From the IMG/VR virus record IMGVR_UViG_3300026094_000002: a stretch of 64,000 nucleotides of DNA; one strand, given 5' to 3'. This document shows, piece after piece, positions 38,084-49,065 of the stretch. The notes under the pieces were generated by a model that did not search any database, had not been told where the DNA came from, and worked only from the letters and a program-made list of their open reading frames with translations. Source of the DNA: a virus (taxonomy: Duplodnaviria; Caudoviricetes). The position numbers and the translations under genes were made by a program. The number at the start of each line of letters is the position of its first letter. Positions within the stretch are counted from its first letter, which is position 1.

Positions 38084-38749
38084 TTACTTGTCTGATTTAT
38101 CAGGATTTTTACCAAAATCAACAAAAACTACTTCACCATTTTTGTTTGTAGATTGTTTTCTATTTGTTTTTGGTTGTTCAGTATCTTTGATATCACTGTC
38201 AAGATATGATTTATCCCAATCAAGTCCAAGAATTTCCCATTTTGGCAGAGTTTCAAAATATACTTCTTGTTGTTCTTCTGTTAGTTGCTCAGAGTCTCTG
38301 ATACTAGCAACAGACTCGTGCCACCATCCTTCTTCTTCAAAAGGACCAATTAATTCATTTTCATTGTGAAGATATTCATATTCTCCACCAACATGACTCT
38401 TGATGGCAACATCAGTAACTTGAATTACGCCCTCCATTATTGCATTTAATTTGCAATAAAGCATCAAACCAATAATTTGATCACTTGGCTCTTCGGGCAG
38501 GACAACAACATCACACCCCATATTATCAATTTCAGGATATACGAAAATAGTATTTTCATCCACAAAAATTGCGTTGTCACAAACGGCTTGAATGAAATAT
38601 ACTGCTCTGTCTATTGCAATATTGTAGTGGTCTGGGTTTTCGCTTTTTGTTAAGAATTCAACCGATATTTCGTAACGGTTTGCTTGTAAATGGTCATTAT
38701 AAAAAATGTTTGAAAAGATGGTAAAATTAGATTTAATTCTCACATTCAT
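38084..38749 (-). CDS. hypothetical protein, weak QueD/T-fold resemblance
   Basis: YEISVEF, PEEPSDQIIG..L, VTDVAI pattern; no HxH. Confidence 0.35.
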   Translation of the reverse strand: MNVRIKSNFTIFSNIFYNDHLQANRYEISVEFLTKSENPDHYNIAIDRAVYFIQAVCDNAIFVDENTIFVYPEIDNMGCDVVVLPEEPSDQIIGLMLYCKLNAIMEGVIQVTDVAIKSHVGGEYEYLHNENELIGPFEEEGWWHESVASIRDSEQLTEEQQEVYFETLPKWEILGLDWDKSYLDSDIKDTEQPKTNRKQSTNKNGEVVFVDFGKNPDKSDK

Positions 38750-38973
38750 GATATATCAACGTTGTCTTGGTAACTGTCATCGTCTCCGCTTTCTTCTCGC
38801 AAACGCGTTTGGTATTTTGTTTCATATGACTCAATGGCCATTTTAATCTGGTTGCAAAGGTGTGCATTACCACTTGTCATAGCAATGCGGAGTCTGGTGT
38901 AAAGGTCGTTTATTTTTTCGGATAGTTCTTGGGTAGATAACTCGTCAAGGTTTCCGATGAACGGATGTTGCAT
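38746..38973 (-). CDS. hypothetical helical protein
   Basis: First gene after the consensus promoter; GGAG SD. Confidence 0.6.
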   Translation of the reverse strand: MQHPFIGNLDELSTQELSEKINDLYTRLRIAMTSGNAHLCNQIKMAIESYETKYQTRLREESGDDDSYQDNVDIS

Positions 38974-38993
38974 TTATATCTCCTATATTGATT

Positions 38994-39022
38994 ATTATAT
39001 ACAATATAGAATGTTTTGTCAA
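38994..39022 (-). promoter_or_regulatory. consensus sigma70 promoter
   Basis: TTGACA-N17-TATAAT. Confidence 0.85.
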
Positions 39023-39028
39023 TGAAAA

Positions 39029-40654
39029 TTACGTAAAGGTAATGTCATTTTTTCCAACACAATACCAGTTAGAATTAATATATTGAAGAGTCACAGTTGA
39101 ACCAACATTGGACAATGCTAAGTTGCCTCCCCAAATTGACCCATTAACAGTAACATTGGTATTTCCTACCGAGGAATTTCCATACACAATTGTTTTATTT
39201 TGTCCATCAACACCTTCATTTAGCGTTAGTTCCAAATCGTCAGATGTAGTAACAACGCTAACAGAAGAATTCAAACTTATATTACCATTTGATGATATTT
39301 CTTCAAATCCATAATAGTATATGGGTTTTCCAACATAAATGGGAACGGTTCCGCCTATTTTTGATGTGTCAAGTTCGCTGACTTCTTGTCCATACAAATA
39401 AAGTGGTGATGGAGTATTTTCTGTTATTAGTATTTCTACATATGCTCCATCGGTTCCTGCATCCCCGGAAACAACAACATTATCAGTATATGGGGATATT
39501 GTTCCACCATCATTTGGTTCAACAGTGGTGTCTGGCTCAGTTGAAAATCTTAAAGGAGCATCTTCGTTGCTTGGATCAGAGATATCAAACCGATACCGTC
39601 TATTTTGCTCAAAAGTCAAACTTAAAGTGTTTTCTGAAGAGTCTTTTATTGGTGTATCATTTATATAAAAAACTTCTTGGAGACCACTACCATCATCATC
39701 AACTGTGACATCAAGATTTGTTGCTGGATATATAAAATTGTCGGAAACATTTATCCATTCATCGTTTTCAAAACGTAGAAAGTCTCCAGTTGATGGGGAT
39801 GTTGTATTGATATCTGTTAAATTATTTAATTCTATAGATCCATTTTCCCACTGAGAATTCCCAGAATTAAAAAGTAAAAAATCACTATCTTGTGGTTCTG
39901 TTAATTCTATATCTGTTATATTATCAATTGAGAGAGAAGAGTTTTCCCATTGAGAATTTCCAGAATTATAAACTAAAAACTCATTGTCTGTGAGATCTGA
40001 AATTTCTACGTCTGATAATGCACTTAAATTTCCAACTATATTCTCTATATCAGTATCAATGTCACTTCTAATAAGATCGCTAATAAAAACGCTTGAACCG
40101 TTGTCAATTGTAGTAAATTTAAATATATAGGTACCAGTTTCAGAGAATGTAATATTGTTATTACTTGTATCTAATCCTATAATATATTCTACTGAAGTTT
40201 CAGATGCTCCTGCTCCGATAGAAGACGGCAGTACAACAGTATGGTCGGTATCTGCAACCGTTATCTGAACTATAAATGAGCATAGCGTATCAACTGGAGA
40301 CAAGTTTTCAAATTCCAGTGTTACATCATCATCTGTTGTAAAAGAAAAGTATGATCCAGCCGAAAAATCTATACTTTGTGTACCGGTTACCGTTCCTAAA
40401 TTAACAACTGTTTCTCTCGTGCCGCGTAGTTCTGCGTTTTCAATGACAGCACCATCAAAATCATTATTCAGTTCGCCGTCAACCAATGCACTTTTCAATA
40501 TGGCTTTTTGCTGTAAGTCAGAAATTTCATCAGCGGCTGCAGCGAGATTAGTCTTTATACTACTAAAATTGTCGCGGAACCCTTGACTATTATTGTCTTG
40601 TCCCGCAACTGGATAATTGCCATCTATATTGGAAGCGTTGATATTGCTTGTCAT
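39029..40654 (-). CDS. virion structural (tail/baseplate-associated) protein with internal 33-aa repeats
   Basis: YPVAGQDNNSQGFRDNF start; FLxxNSGNSQWEN repeated at a 99 bp period near 39840-39990. Confidence 0.65.
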   Translation of the reverse strand: MTSNINASNIDGNYPVAGQDNNSQGFRDNFSSIKTNLAAAADEISDLQQKAILKSALVDGELNNDFDGAVIENAELRGTRETVVNLGTVTGTQSIDFSAGSYFSFTTDDDVTLEFENLSPVDTLCSFIVQITVADTDHTVVLPSSIGAGASETSVEYIIGLDTSNNNITFSETGTYIFKFTTIDNGSSVFISDLIRSDIDTDIENIVGNLSALSDVEISDLTDNEFLVYNSGNSQWENSSLSIDNITDIELTEPQDSDFLLFNSGNSQWENGSIELNNLTDINTTSPSTGDFLRFENDEWINVSDNFIYPATNLDVTVDDDGSGLQEVFYINDTPIKDSSENTLSLTFEQNRRYRFDISDPSNEDAPLRFSTEPDTTVEPNDGGTISPYTDNVVVSGDAGTDGAYVEILITENTPSPLYLYGQEVSELDTSKIGGTVPIYVGKPIYYYGFEEISSNGNISLNSSVSVVTTSDDLELTLNEGVDGQNKTIVYGNSSVGNTNVTVNGSIWGGNLALSNVGSTVTLQYINSNWYCVGKNDITFT

Positions 40655-40674
40655 TGTTTTACCTTAAAATGTGT

Positions 40675-40839
40675 TTATCGTTCGTCAGTGACCAACCATT
40701 TAGAACAGAATGTCATTTTGCCTTCTCTTCTTTTTTCTAAAATTTTTGCGATCTCTGTTTTATATAATTCTTTCAACTTTGATTTATCATTACCAAGGCT
40801 GGCTTTATACATTTCTTTTAGAATTTTATTTTGTTTCAT
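40675..40839 (-). CDS. small basic hypothetical protein (start likely 40839)
   Basis: TAAGTA box and GGGGTG SD-like sequence upstream. Confidence 0.5.
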   Translation of the reverse strand: MKQNKILKEMYKASLGNDKSKLKELYKTEIAKILEKRREGKMTFCSKWLVTDER

Positions 40840-40843
40840 TTTA

Positions 40844-43234
40844 TCACCCCAAAATTGTTTGATCTGGGAACAACAAATACTTATCCAGACGATCATCATC
40901 TATATACGAAACTTCATCTATACTACTGACTTCATTCCACGTCTGTGTTTCAGCATCCCAGAATTGTGTTCCTGCACCTTCTAATACATAACGCTCTACA
41001 TCAAAATCAACTTTGTTGAGTTCGCGTCCAATAAATTCACGTATGCGATAAGCGAGTTTTTCTCCTTCACCCGGTTTTACATATGCTATAACCCACGCTG
41101 GGACAAAGCCCAGCGGACGACCATCTTCTTGTTTGCTCGTCATCCAGTCAGGCAACACAAAATCACGCAGTCCGATAGAATCAAATAGTTGATTACGCAT
41201 ATTTACAAGACTGTTTGGATACAGTGTATCTGTTTGGCTTCCATCACGTAATGTAACTGTATTTGGCCATTCAATTTCTTCTGGAATACTTTCTAAATCG
41301 CGGTTAAGAGCAAGATCATTTATCTCACTATAGATAACTTCATATTTCACTGTGCCATCATCATTTAATGCTCTTGCTGTTTTTATTGAACCTAACACAA
41401 TACGTTTCCGAAAATGATTTTGGGACAATGCCGTGACATATTCATCTAATGTTTTTGGATTTAGCCCAAATGCGTGTTGATAGATTACAGAATCTGCAAT
41501 ACCAAAATTTGGGTCATTTCTGCGATAAACGGAATCAGGCGGAATAACATCACGGTTAAACAATAAACCATCAATCAAATCACGATCATTGCGTGGAGGA
41601 AGTGCTTTAATGTATATTGATTGCTGTGGAACCGCATCAGAATAATCTACTGTTACAGAAAAATCTCTAAGGGTAGATATAAATCCATCTTGTGTGAAAA
41701 CTTCTACCGTAAATGCGTAATCTTTTAATAAAGATGAGTCAGGGTCAATCACTGAACCAACACCATTAAATATACCAGCAATCTCGCCAGTTGAAAGTAG
41801 TGTTGTTCCCGGTGGCAAACTTCCTTGATTTAGGCGATAAAACAGTGGTTCATCATAAGATGATTCTGCTACCGTTTCTAACTCACTTATCACACCAGAA
41901 TTCACAGTACCCAAGTTTTCTGGCGATAGCCAAGTTATAAACTTCTCTATCTCACCAATAACTCTTAGTGTAAATGTGTTCGGTTCTGCATCAACCCATT
42001 CTTCTCCATTGAAAACTCTTGGTTTAACAAAGTATTTTTCAGACGATACAATTGTTGCACTATCTAATATAGGTCCATCATCAACTTTTCTGATTTTGAG
42101 TTCTTCGCCTTCTACAAACTCTACAGAAGATGTTTTTTGGACTACGAGCGTATTTGATTTTGGAGAACTGGTTACTACTCCTGTTGGTGTTTCTCCTGAT
42201 ACACTAACTCCATCCTGAGAAACATAATATCCACTTTGAACATTAACAACAATATCGTCATCAAGAACAATCTCATAAAAAATTGAATTTGCTTTTGTGA
42301 CAGTCACATCAAATGAAAAATTACGCTCAACTGCACCTTGGCTAGGTAGATATCCGTACAACCAACCAGTTGATCCTTCAAATTCTAAGCCATCTGGTAT
42401 AGTACCATCTAAAATAAATTCAATTGGATCACCATCAAAATCTAATGCATCAAATTTAAACGCATAATAGTTGTCTGCACGAACAGTTCCTAAGTCGGTT
42501 TCGGTTGTGGTCAAAACCGGCGGTCTTTCTGGAATAACATCGGCAGTTATGAATGTATTGTCACCAGTATTATTTGTATTATCTGATGTCATAGCATCAA
42601 CTGCATATACAAATATTTCAAATGTTCTTATGTTTGATTGTTTCCCATCAGAAACCTCTAATGTAAATTCGTAATTTTTTGAAACACTGTTATTACTGAA
42701 ATCAAAATCAAATTCATCAAATGCAGTAACGTCATATCCATCCCCTTCTGACGGACGGCGAAACGGCTCAATAAACCCTGAAATGTTACCATCCGAACTT
42801 AGTGTTAGGCCCGGTGGCAATTCTCCTGATAAAAGATCTACAGTTAGAGTTTCACCCGGATCAGTGTCTGTATAATCAACTGTAATATCAACTTTACTAC
42901 CATCATAGAATGTGCCTATTCTGCCAGATGATGTTATAAATTCTGGTTCATCTTGTCCTTGAACCGTAAGGTTAAATGTTCTATCTGCTATATTTCCAGA
43001 TTCATCGGTCGCTCTAACAACAAAAGTAGAAACAACATTTTTTGAAACTAAATCTGGAATTCCAGAAATTCTACCATCAGATCTAAGTGTCAATCCCGGA
43101 GGTAACTCTCCAGATATTATAGCATAAGATACTGAACTTTCTGACTCTGCTTCTAAAATTTTGCTATAGATAACACTTTCGGGAATTGTTCCCAAAGAAC
43201 CAGAATTCGTTACCCAACTAAGTACTGCAGACAT
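40844..43234 (-). CDS. baseplate wedge-like protein with putative Ig repeats
   Basis: Repeated SGELPPGLTL..G.ISG.P units. Confidence 0.7.
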   Translation of the reverse strand: MSAVLSWVTNSGSLGTIPESVIYSKILEAESESSVSYAIISGELPPGLTLRSDGRISGIPDLVSKNVVSTFVVRATDESGNIADRTFNLTVQGQDEPEFITSSGRIGTFYDGSKVDITVDYTDTDPGETLTVDLLSGELPPGLTLSSDGNISGFIEPFRRPSEGDGYDVTAFDEFDFDFSNNSVSKNYEFTLEVSDGKQSNIRTFEIFVYAVDAMTSDNTNNTGDNTFITADVIPERPPVLTTTETDLGTVRADNYYAFKFDALDFDGDPIEFILDGTIPDGLEFEGSTGWLYGYLPSQGAVERNFSFDVTVTKANSIFYEIVLDDDIVVNVQSGYYVSQDGVSVSGETPTGVVTSSPKSNTLVVQKTSSVEFVEGEELKIRKVDDGPILDSATIVSSEKYFVKPRVFNGEEWVDAEPNTFTLRVIGEIEKFITWLSPENLGTVNSGVISELETVAESSYDEPLFYRLNQGSLPPGTTLLSTGEIAGIFNGVGSVIDPDSSLLKDYAFTVEVFTQDGFISTLRDFSVTVDYSDAVPQQSIYIKALPPRNDRDLIDGLLFNRDVIPPDSVYRRNDPNFGIADSVIYQHAFGLNPKTLDEYVTALSQNHFRKRIVLGSIKTARALNDDGTVKYEVIYSEINDLALNRDLESIPEEIEWPNTVTLRDGSQTDTLYPNSLVNMRNQLFDSIGLRDFVLPDWMTSKQEDGRPLGFVPAWVIAYVKPGEGEKLAYRIREFIGRELNKVDFDVERYVLEGAGTQFWDAETQTWNEVSSIDEVSYIDDDRLDKYLLFPDQTILG

Positions 43235-45102
43235 TATACCCTCCCGACTGCAATCTCAACTGTTCCGCTATTGCCTTCAAAATTTTCTAATGATTTACCT
43301 ATTATGGTTCCGGGTTTGGGGTTTTCTTCTGCTCTGGCGTGTCCATCCCCATTTGAAACAAGAATTGATCCTTTTTTAATTTTTCCAGTAACCAAACAAG
43401 GTACTCGTCCTTGTAGTGCTACAGGGAGAGAAAAACTTTTGTTGTCAGATTCTAATGCTGTGTTCATAAGATATGCTGGATTTGTAGATATTACACCTGC
43501 TACTGCTGCATCTGAATCTATTTTGGATACTGTGACTTCACTTTCTCCACCAAAGGAGACCACAGTTCCCTGAGAATATTCACGATCAGAAAGATAGTTT
43601 TCGGCTAAGTCCGCATATTGAGCAGTTGTAGATGTTCCAGCGAAAATTGACGCACTAAGTGTTGAAGTTGATGGATTGTAAATAAAACCCGGGCTATCAA
43701 CAAATAAAGTATCTACATCTCCAGATGAACCAATCAAGAATGGCACAAAGAAGTTTGCAAATGCTGATGTGTCTTCAATCGGAACCTCACTCCCGGGCCC
43801 TGTGGCACCTTGGGGTCCGGTTGCACCTTGCGGTCCTTCTATACCAGTTGCACCTGTAGCACCTACTGGACCGTCCGAACCTGACAAACCCTCTGGGCCA
43901 GTAGCACCTGTTGGGCCCTCGGGTCCTGTCGCACCAGTTTCGCCCTCTGGGCCAATGGAGCCTTGCGGGCCCTCGATACCAGTTGCACCTGTGGCACCAG
44001 TAGCACCTTCAGCAGCAAACTCGCCCGGGATCCCTGTGGCACCGGTTGGACCGGTGGAGCCTGTGGCACCAGTAGCACCGCCGGGGTCGCCTTGTGGGCC
44101 TTCTGGGCCAGTGGCACCAGTGGCACCAACCCCTGTGGCACCTGTTGGCCCCACTTCTCCCTCGGGTCCTGTAGCACCTGTGGCACCGCCGGGGTCACCC
44201 TGAGGCCCCGTCGCACCAGTTAGCCCGATAGGTCCAGTCGCACCCGTGGCACCAAGACCTGTGGCACCCGTGGCACCGGTAGCACCGCCGGGGTCACCCT
44301 GAGGCCCTGTCGCACCGATTGTTCCCGGGTCGCCTGTTGCACCCATTACCCCTGTCGCACCCGTTGGACCAGTTGCACCAGTAGCACCTGCACCAGTTGC
44401 ACCTTGTGGTCCAGTTGCACCCTGTGGTCCTGTTAAGCCAGTGGCACCAAGTCCTGTGGAGCCTTGGGCACCTGTGGCACCTTGTGCTCCGGTTGCACCG
44501 GTTAGACCTGTTGCCCCCGTTTGTCCTTGTGGGCCTGTTGCACCCGGGACACCTGCAGCACCAGATAAATTAACCGTCCACTCAGAATAAGTTCCAGAGC
44601 CATTTGCTATATCAATTTCAGCCGTCATTGATCCTGTTGCTTCATCATAACTTGAAACAACACCAGTCATATCATTGCTCAAATCATGAACTATTATGAC
44701 TGGTTGCCCTGAAGACCACGCTAAATCTGTATCTACTGTTAATGTTTTTGATCCAGTGCCAATAGTCAATTCTGTTGTTGAGGATGTTGAGTATTGATCA
44801 CCAACTGGTCCCTCAACACCAGTTGCCCCTGTTGGACCTTCTGCCCCAGTTGCACCGATGCCCCCCTGTAGTCCGGTAGCACCTTGGTCTCCTTCAGGTC
44901 CTGTTGGACCAGTTGCACCTGTTGCACCTACACCAGATTGCCAAGCACGGTTGCCATCTGTGTCACTGGTTATAAAAAACCCGGGTCCCGGGGGTACCCC
45001 AAGATCTGGCTCTGCTTGTGCCAAATCTAAAAATTCATACCGGTCTTCACTGACTTCAGTGGGTGATATTTTTTTGACTTTTCCTGATAATAATTTTGAC
45101 AT
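43234..45102 (-). CDS. collagen-like tail fibre protein with C-terminal chaperone-like domain
   Basis: Long GATG/GPTG triplets; C-terminal [27 protein letters not shown]. Confidence 0.85.
   Translation of the reverse strand: MSKLLSGKVKKISPTEVSEDRYEFLDLAQAEPDLGVPPGPGFFITSDTDGNRAWQSGVGATGATGPTGPEGDQGATGLQGGIGATGAEGPTGATGVEGPVGDQYSTSSTTELTIGTGSKTLTVDTDLAWSSGQPVIIVHDLSNDMTGVVSSYDEATGSMTAEIDIANGSGTYSEWTVNLSGAAGVPGATGPQGQTGATGLTGATGAQGATGAQGSTGLGATGLTGPQGATGPQGATGAGATGATGPTGATGVMGATGDPGTIGATGPQGDPGGATGATGATGLGATGATGPIGLTGATGPQGDPGGATGATGPEGEVGPTGATGVGATGATGPEGPQGDPGGATGATGSTGPTGATGIPGEFAAEGATGATGATGIEGPQGSIGPEGETGATGPEGPTGATGPEGLSGSDGPVGATGATGIEGPQGATGPQGATGPGSEVPIEDTSAFANFFVPFLIGSSGDVDTLFVDSPGFIYNPSTSTLSASIFAGTSTTAQYADLAENYLSDREYSQGTVVSFGGESEVTVSKIDSDAAVAGVISTNPAYLMNTALESDNKSFSLPVALQGRVPCLVTGKIKKGSILVSNGDGHARAEENPKPGTIIGKSLENFEGNSGTVEIAVGRV
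43790..44934 (-). repeat. GC-rich Gly-X-Y collagen repeats in two blocks
   Basis: GATG triplets; [14 protein letters not shown] occurs three times. Confidence 0.9.
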
Positions 45103-45108
45103 AGTTTA

Positions 45109-45435
45109 TTAATTTTCTGATTCTAATATGCTTAACACCAACTGTATCGCATTATTTTGGCTGCCAGATACGGATATACTTTGGCTTTCCTTTAGTACCA
45201 ATTTCCCCGTCAATAATCCAGAAGAATCATTACTTGGAATGCCACTTTCAAAAGCCAAATAAGTTGTACTGCCACCTGATGTTTCAAGTGCTAATGTTAT
45301 ATTAGATGTATCAGACGTTACATTTGTGGCTTGAGCTAATATAACTATTGCACTAAATCCAATCGGTGCTGTATATATTGTTTCAGTTGTGTCTGTTACG
45401 CTATGTCTAACGTTTTCAAATCTGTTAAGAGCCAT
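45109..45435 (-). CDS. small virion-associated hypothetical protein
   Basis: Beta-rich 108 aa in the tail operon. Confidence 0.6.
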   Translation of the reverse strand: MALNRFENVRHSVTDTTETIYTAPIGFSAIVILAQATNVTSDTSNITLALETSGGSTTYLAFESGIPSNDSSGLLTGKLVLKESQSISVSGSQNNAIQLVLSILESEN

Positions 45436-45438
45436 CTT

Positions 45439-46734
45439 TTATCCTTCAATCGATAGTATGTATGGTGTTAATACGGCGAAGAGTGCTCGGTCAAATGCAT
45501 CCCCTTCAAGTGTTCCTGTTCTGCCGTTAATGGTAAGGTCATCACCAATTTGGAAATTTCCTCGGTGATCTGTGCTGGAATATATTACAGTTCCACCATC
45601 TTCTGTAACCACTTCATTTTCTTGTATTGCTATACCACCAGTTTGTGGTAGTGCATCTTGTAATTGGTTTCCTGCCCCCACAAACTCAAACGTATGAGAA
45701 CTGGCTGTAATTGTGCTTCTTTTATAAAATTTTACAGGTGTATTATCAGAAATCGGATTTACGATTGTATCGCCTATTGTGATTGTCACTTCGCCATTGT
45801 CTAATTCTGTAGTATCAATAACATTAAAAATCGTGGTTCCACCATCAAAACTCACGGATTGATCTATGTTGGGGCGTTCATCTAAACCATCAATAACAAA
45901 TGTTCTGCCAAACTGATCAACACCATTTGTAGCACCGTCATTTTCCATATCAACTTTTCCTCTGGAAAGTAATCCAAAGGTTCCGAAACTGGTGTTACTA
46001 TTTGTCAAACTGCATAAACCACCACTTTCGCATAATATTCCTATCTGTGTGCAAATAGTAAAAATACTAACTAATTGTGCATAACCTTGATTAAGAAGAT
46101 GAACACCTGTGCCACCGGAGTTAAATTGTGTAAAGGCATCTGCAACCATTGATCTGTTGCCTTGGGCCAAACTACCGTCTATTCGCATACCAGTACCAGT
46201 TGTAGTAATACTGGAACAGTTTTGAACATATGGGCTGGTATTAATTGATCCTGCACCTCCGCTGGGATAAGCAATTGCAGAAGCCGGGGAGACATGATCT
46301 CTAAAAGTCATATTGGCGATATAATCAGCGTTTTGTATATGAAATATATCTTGGTCTGTGATTTCTGGTCTTATAGTGACACTACGAAGACTATCGCCTA
46401 CGATACTCAATCGTGGAGGACAAACAATTGGGTTATCTTCTGTGTAATCCCCTGATTTGACAAATATACAAGCACGTCTATCAGTATTTTCATCTAAAAA
46501 TGCGGTTGCTACTTGTACAGCACGTTTAACCGTTAAGAATGCTTTGCCAAGTGAATCACCATTGTTGGAATCATCACCGTTTTTAGAAACATAATAGACA
46601 TTTTCTGCTACACCACCCAACTGTCTATTATATAACTCGTTAAAGTTTTGGTTTGTTTTGTCAAATGCCTCACGAATTGGATCGCCTAATTTGTCATTAG
46701 GTGCAAAACCAATATCGATAAACTGCTGGCCCAT
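45439..46734 (-). CDS. tail fibre/spike protein, beta-helix-like
   Basis: GDPIREAFDKTNQNF, YYVSKNGDDSNNG, IVGDSLRSV, SPYVQNCSS. Confidence 0.7.
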   Translation of the reverse strand: MGQQFIDIGFAPNDKLGDPIREAFDKTNQNFNELYNRQLGGVAENVYYVSKNGDDSNNGDSLGKAFLTVKRAVQVATAFLDENTDRRACIFVKSGDYTEDNPIVCPPRLSIVGDSLRSVTIRPEITDQDIFHIQNADYIANMTFRDHVSPASAIAYPSGGAGSINTSPYVQNCSSITTTGTGMRIDGSLAQGNRSMVADAFTQFNSGGTGVHLLNQGYAQLVSIFTICTQIGILCESGGLCSLTNSNTSFGTFGLLSRGKVDMENDGATNGVDQFGRTFVIDGLDERPNIDQSVSFDGGTTIFNVIDTTELDNGEVTITIGDTIVNPISDNTPVKFYKRSTITASSHTFEFVGAGNQLQDALPQTGGIAIQENEVVTEDGGTVIYSSTDHRGNFQIGDDLTINGRTGTLEGDAFDRALFAVLTPYILSIEG

Positions 46735-46799
46735 AAGAATAATTCCTTTTCGAATTATTTATGCCAGAACTTTAACTCTTTTGCTTGGAATTTTTAGTT

Positions 46800-47918
46800 T
46801 TAAACTGGATAATTGCGTTTTAACCAGTTGAGTTCATTGCGATTTTTGTTGCGTTCATACCAGCCATTGCCTGTATAAACATTTAAAACACTTTGGAAAT
46901 ATTCTTCATACATTGGGGCAACTTCGTCTAACGTGAAGTTTTCTGCCCACTGACGACAATTGTGTGGGTCTATTGAATCAATGTTTTCCGCAGCCCAACA
47001 GAATTGTTCAAAAGATCTACAGCGGTAGCCAGTAACGCCATGGATATTGTTCTCTGTAAAAGATCCCCAATCAGTGGTAATGGTAGGAGTACCAGAGAAT
47101 AACATTTCAATCTGCACACCACCAAATGGCTCAAGATATTGACTGGCGACAAATGCACCTTTAGCATTTTTCATTAGTGTTCGGCGGGTTTCTACGTCTG
47201 CATATCCAGCAAATTTTACATGAGGTGGGAATGTAAGATTGTCAGGATTTTGTCCTGCTACAACTAAAGTAGCACCAATCTCCTGTGTTGCTTGGACTGC
47301 TATTTCAATTCCTTTGCCGCTATAAACACGCCCTAAAAATAAAAAGTAATCTTGTTTTTTATCTTCAAAATCAAAATCATCTGGGTCAAAGTAGTTTGGT
47401 ATTACTACATCGTACCAATCCTGCTGACACCCACCGACAGCACCCAATCCAAGATAAGCGTGGTAAATTGCATAACTTTCAAAAATTTTCCACCTTGCCC
47501 AATGACCACCAGCATATCCTATACCCGGCTCAACACAAATCATATCTGGGTGGGCATCACAGACAGGTCTTACACCTGCTCCCCAAAACGGCAAAATAAA
47601 GTCATGTTGTTGCTTGCGTTTTCCAACTTCTGCAATAGCATTTTTGAAGAATGTTTGATAAGCATGGTCATTCATATCAAACTTATAGAAGTTTTTACGC
47701 CAATCATAATTGCCGTATGCTTTTTGCAAATCATCATTGGTAGTGACAGTGACGTGTTCTGTGCATTCTAAGTCACTATCTTCGTGGCCATAATGAATTA
47801 CTTCGTGTCCACGACGAGTCATCATTTTGCCGAATTTTACAACTTTTTGGGTATAAGCACATGCATTGTATTCTTTGGAACTAACGGTGTGGGGCAATCC
47901 CAGTATGTGAAATCTCAT
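46800..47918 (-). CDS. GT-B (family 4-like) glycosyltransferase
   Basis: FLGR..KG, EPFGGVQIE (Ex7E), TPTITTDWG. Confidence 0.85.
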   Translation of the reverse strand: MRFHILGLPHTVSSKEYNACAYTQKVVKFGKMMTRRGHEVIHYGHEDSDLECTEHVTVTTNDDLQKAYGNYDWRKNFYKFDMNDHAYQTFFKNAIAEVGKRKQQHDFILPFWGAGVRPVCDAHPDMICVEPGIGYAGGHWARWKIFESYAIYHAYLGLGAVGGCQQDWYDVVIPNYFDPDDFDFEDKKQDYFLFLGRVYSGKGIEIAVQATQEIGATLVVAGQNPDNLTFPPHVKFAGYADVETRRTLMKNAKGAFVASQYLEPFGGVQIEMLFSGTPTITTDWGSFTENNIHGVTGYRCRSFEQFCWAAENIDSIDPHNCRQWAENFTLDEVAPMYEEYFQSVLNVYTGNGWYERNKNRNELNWLKRNYPV

Positions 47919-48466
47919 ATACCAATATCTATTCTTTCGTATAAATCCTGAAAAATATTCTCAAAGTGACCAAATGCCACAAGTGCTTCATCTGCTAATT
48001 CTGGATAAAGTTTTGATGTAAATCGCTTGTTAAGTGATCCACGATTTTCAAACTTATACCAGTTGCCACTACCGGGTATTTTCTTGGATATTACTTTACC
48101 GCCGTACATATCACCAAGATGCCTGACATATACATGAGAAAATAGATAATTTTTTCTATCAGAGTTGTAAAGCGTTGTAAGATAGTTTAGATATTCTTCG
48201 GTGCTTGGTGATAATTCGGTTTGGTGATTTGGCGATAACTCTTCTAAATCTTGTTTCATTTTAACAGCACGGGGGAGATCTTCAATGTCCTCAAATAATC
48301 CAGCCTGTTCTGCAAGATGTTCAAGATGCTCATATATAGAGAGCATTTCTGCCAAATATATTATATAATTTTTTTCGGTGACTGTGCCATGCATCAAATA
48401 TTGAATGAATGGCAGTGCCTCAACTTGTTTGTGTTTTTCTAAAGTTGCCTCGCGAAGAATACTCAT
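47915..48466 (-). CDS. heme oxygenase
   Basis: LREATLEKH (proximal His), YVRHLGDMYGG, EALVAF. Confidence 0.88.
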   Translation of the reverse strand: MSILREATLEKHKQVEALPFIQYLMHGTVTEKNYIIYLAEMLSIYEHLEHLAEQAGLFEDIEDLPRAVKMKQDLEELSPNHQTELSPSTEEYLNYLTTLYNSDRKNYLFSHVYVRHLGDMYGGKVISKKIPGSGNWYKFENRGSLNKRFTSKLYPELADEALVAFGHFENIFQDLYERIDIGI

Positions 48467-48471
48467 AAAAA

Positions 48472-49041
48472 TTAGTAGTCATTAAGACGGATATTAATAG
48501 CATCCCAATTGACAATACGCCAAAAATTATTGACATATTTCTTTTTGTCCGCACGATAATCTAATGCAAATGAATGTTCCCACATATCAAGCGGAAGCAA
48601 TACATCATTTCTGACAGCGTGATTTTTGATTGTTTTAATATCACCTGAGCGTGAAAGATACACCCATCCAGACCCTTGGATTGACATAGCAGTTTTAAGC
48701 CATTCTTCTTTGAAATCTTCAAAGCTTCCGTGTTTGTCATGGATTAGTGCCAATGCAGAACCAGTTGGTCGATTGTTTTTTCTGGGTGCCTGTAATTGTG
48801 GAAAGAAAAGATTATGCAGATAACTGCCAGCACGATTGAATTCAGGGTCACCTTCGCCAGCATTGTACTTTTTTGCATAGTTTTTGGCCAGTGTATCATA
48901 ATGATATCTTATGGTATCTTCACTCATTACCGGCTCAAGGGCATCCCTTTCATACGGCAGAGGTGCAGTATCAAGACGCTTTGGCTTCTCAACTGCCTCA
49001 ATTAAATTTAGTTCGTTACGGATATTGTTTGCTATATTCAC
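48472..49041 (-). CDS. sod: Fe/Mn superoxide dismutase with N-terminal leader
   Basis: PLPYERDALEP, H of RYHY, HNLFF, GSGW, DMWEH; all four metal ligands present. Confidence 0.88.
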   Translation of the reverse strand: MNIANNIRNELNLIEAVEKPKRLDTAPLPYERDALEPVMSEDTIRYHYDTLAKNYAKKYNAGEGDPEFNRAGSYLHNLFFPQLQAPRKNNRPTGSALALIHDKHGSFEDFKEEWLKTAMSIQGSGWVYLSRSGDIKTIKNHAVRNDVLLPLDMWEHSFALDYRADKKKYVNNFWRIVNWDAINIRLNDY

Positions 49042-49065
49042 GATAATATTTATTGTCTATTGAAT

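Noticed and set aside
43769-44223. Pro/Val-rich and Arg-rich ORFs in the collagen region
   Set aside because: Alternative frames of the GC-rich Gly-X-Y repeat
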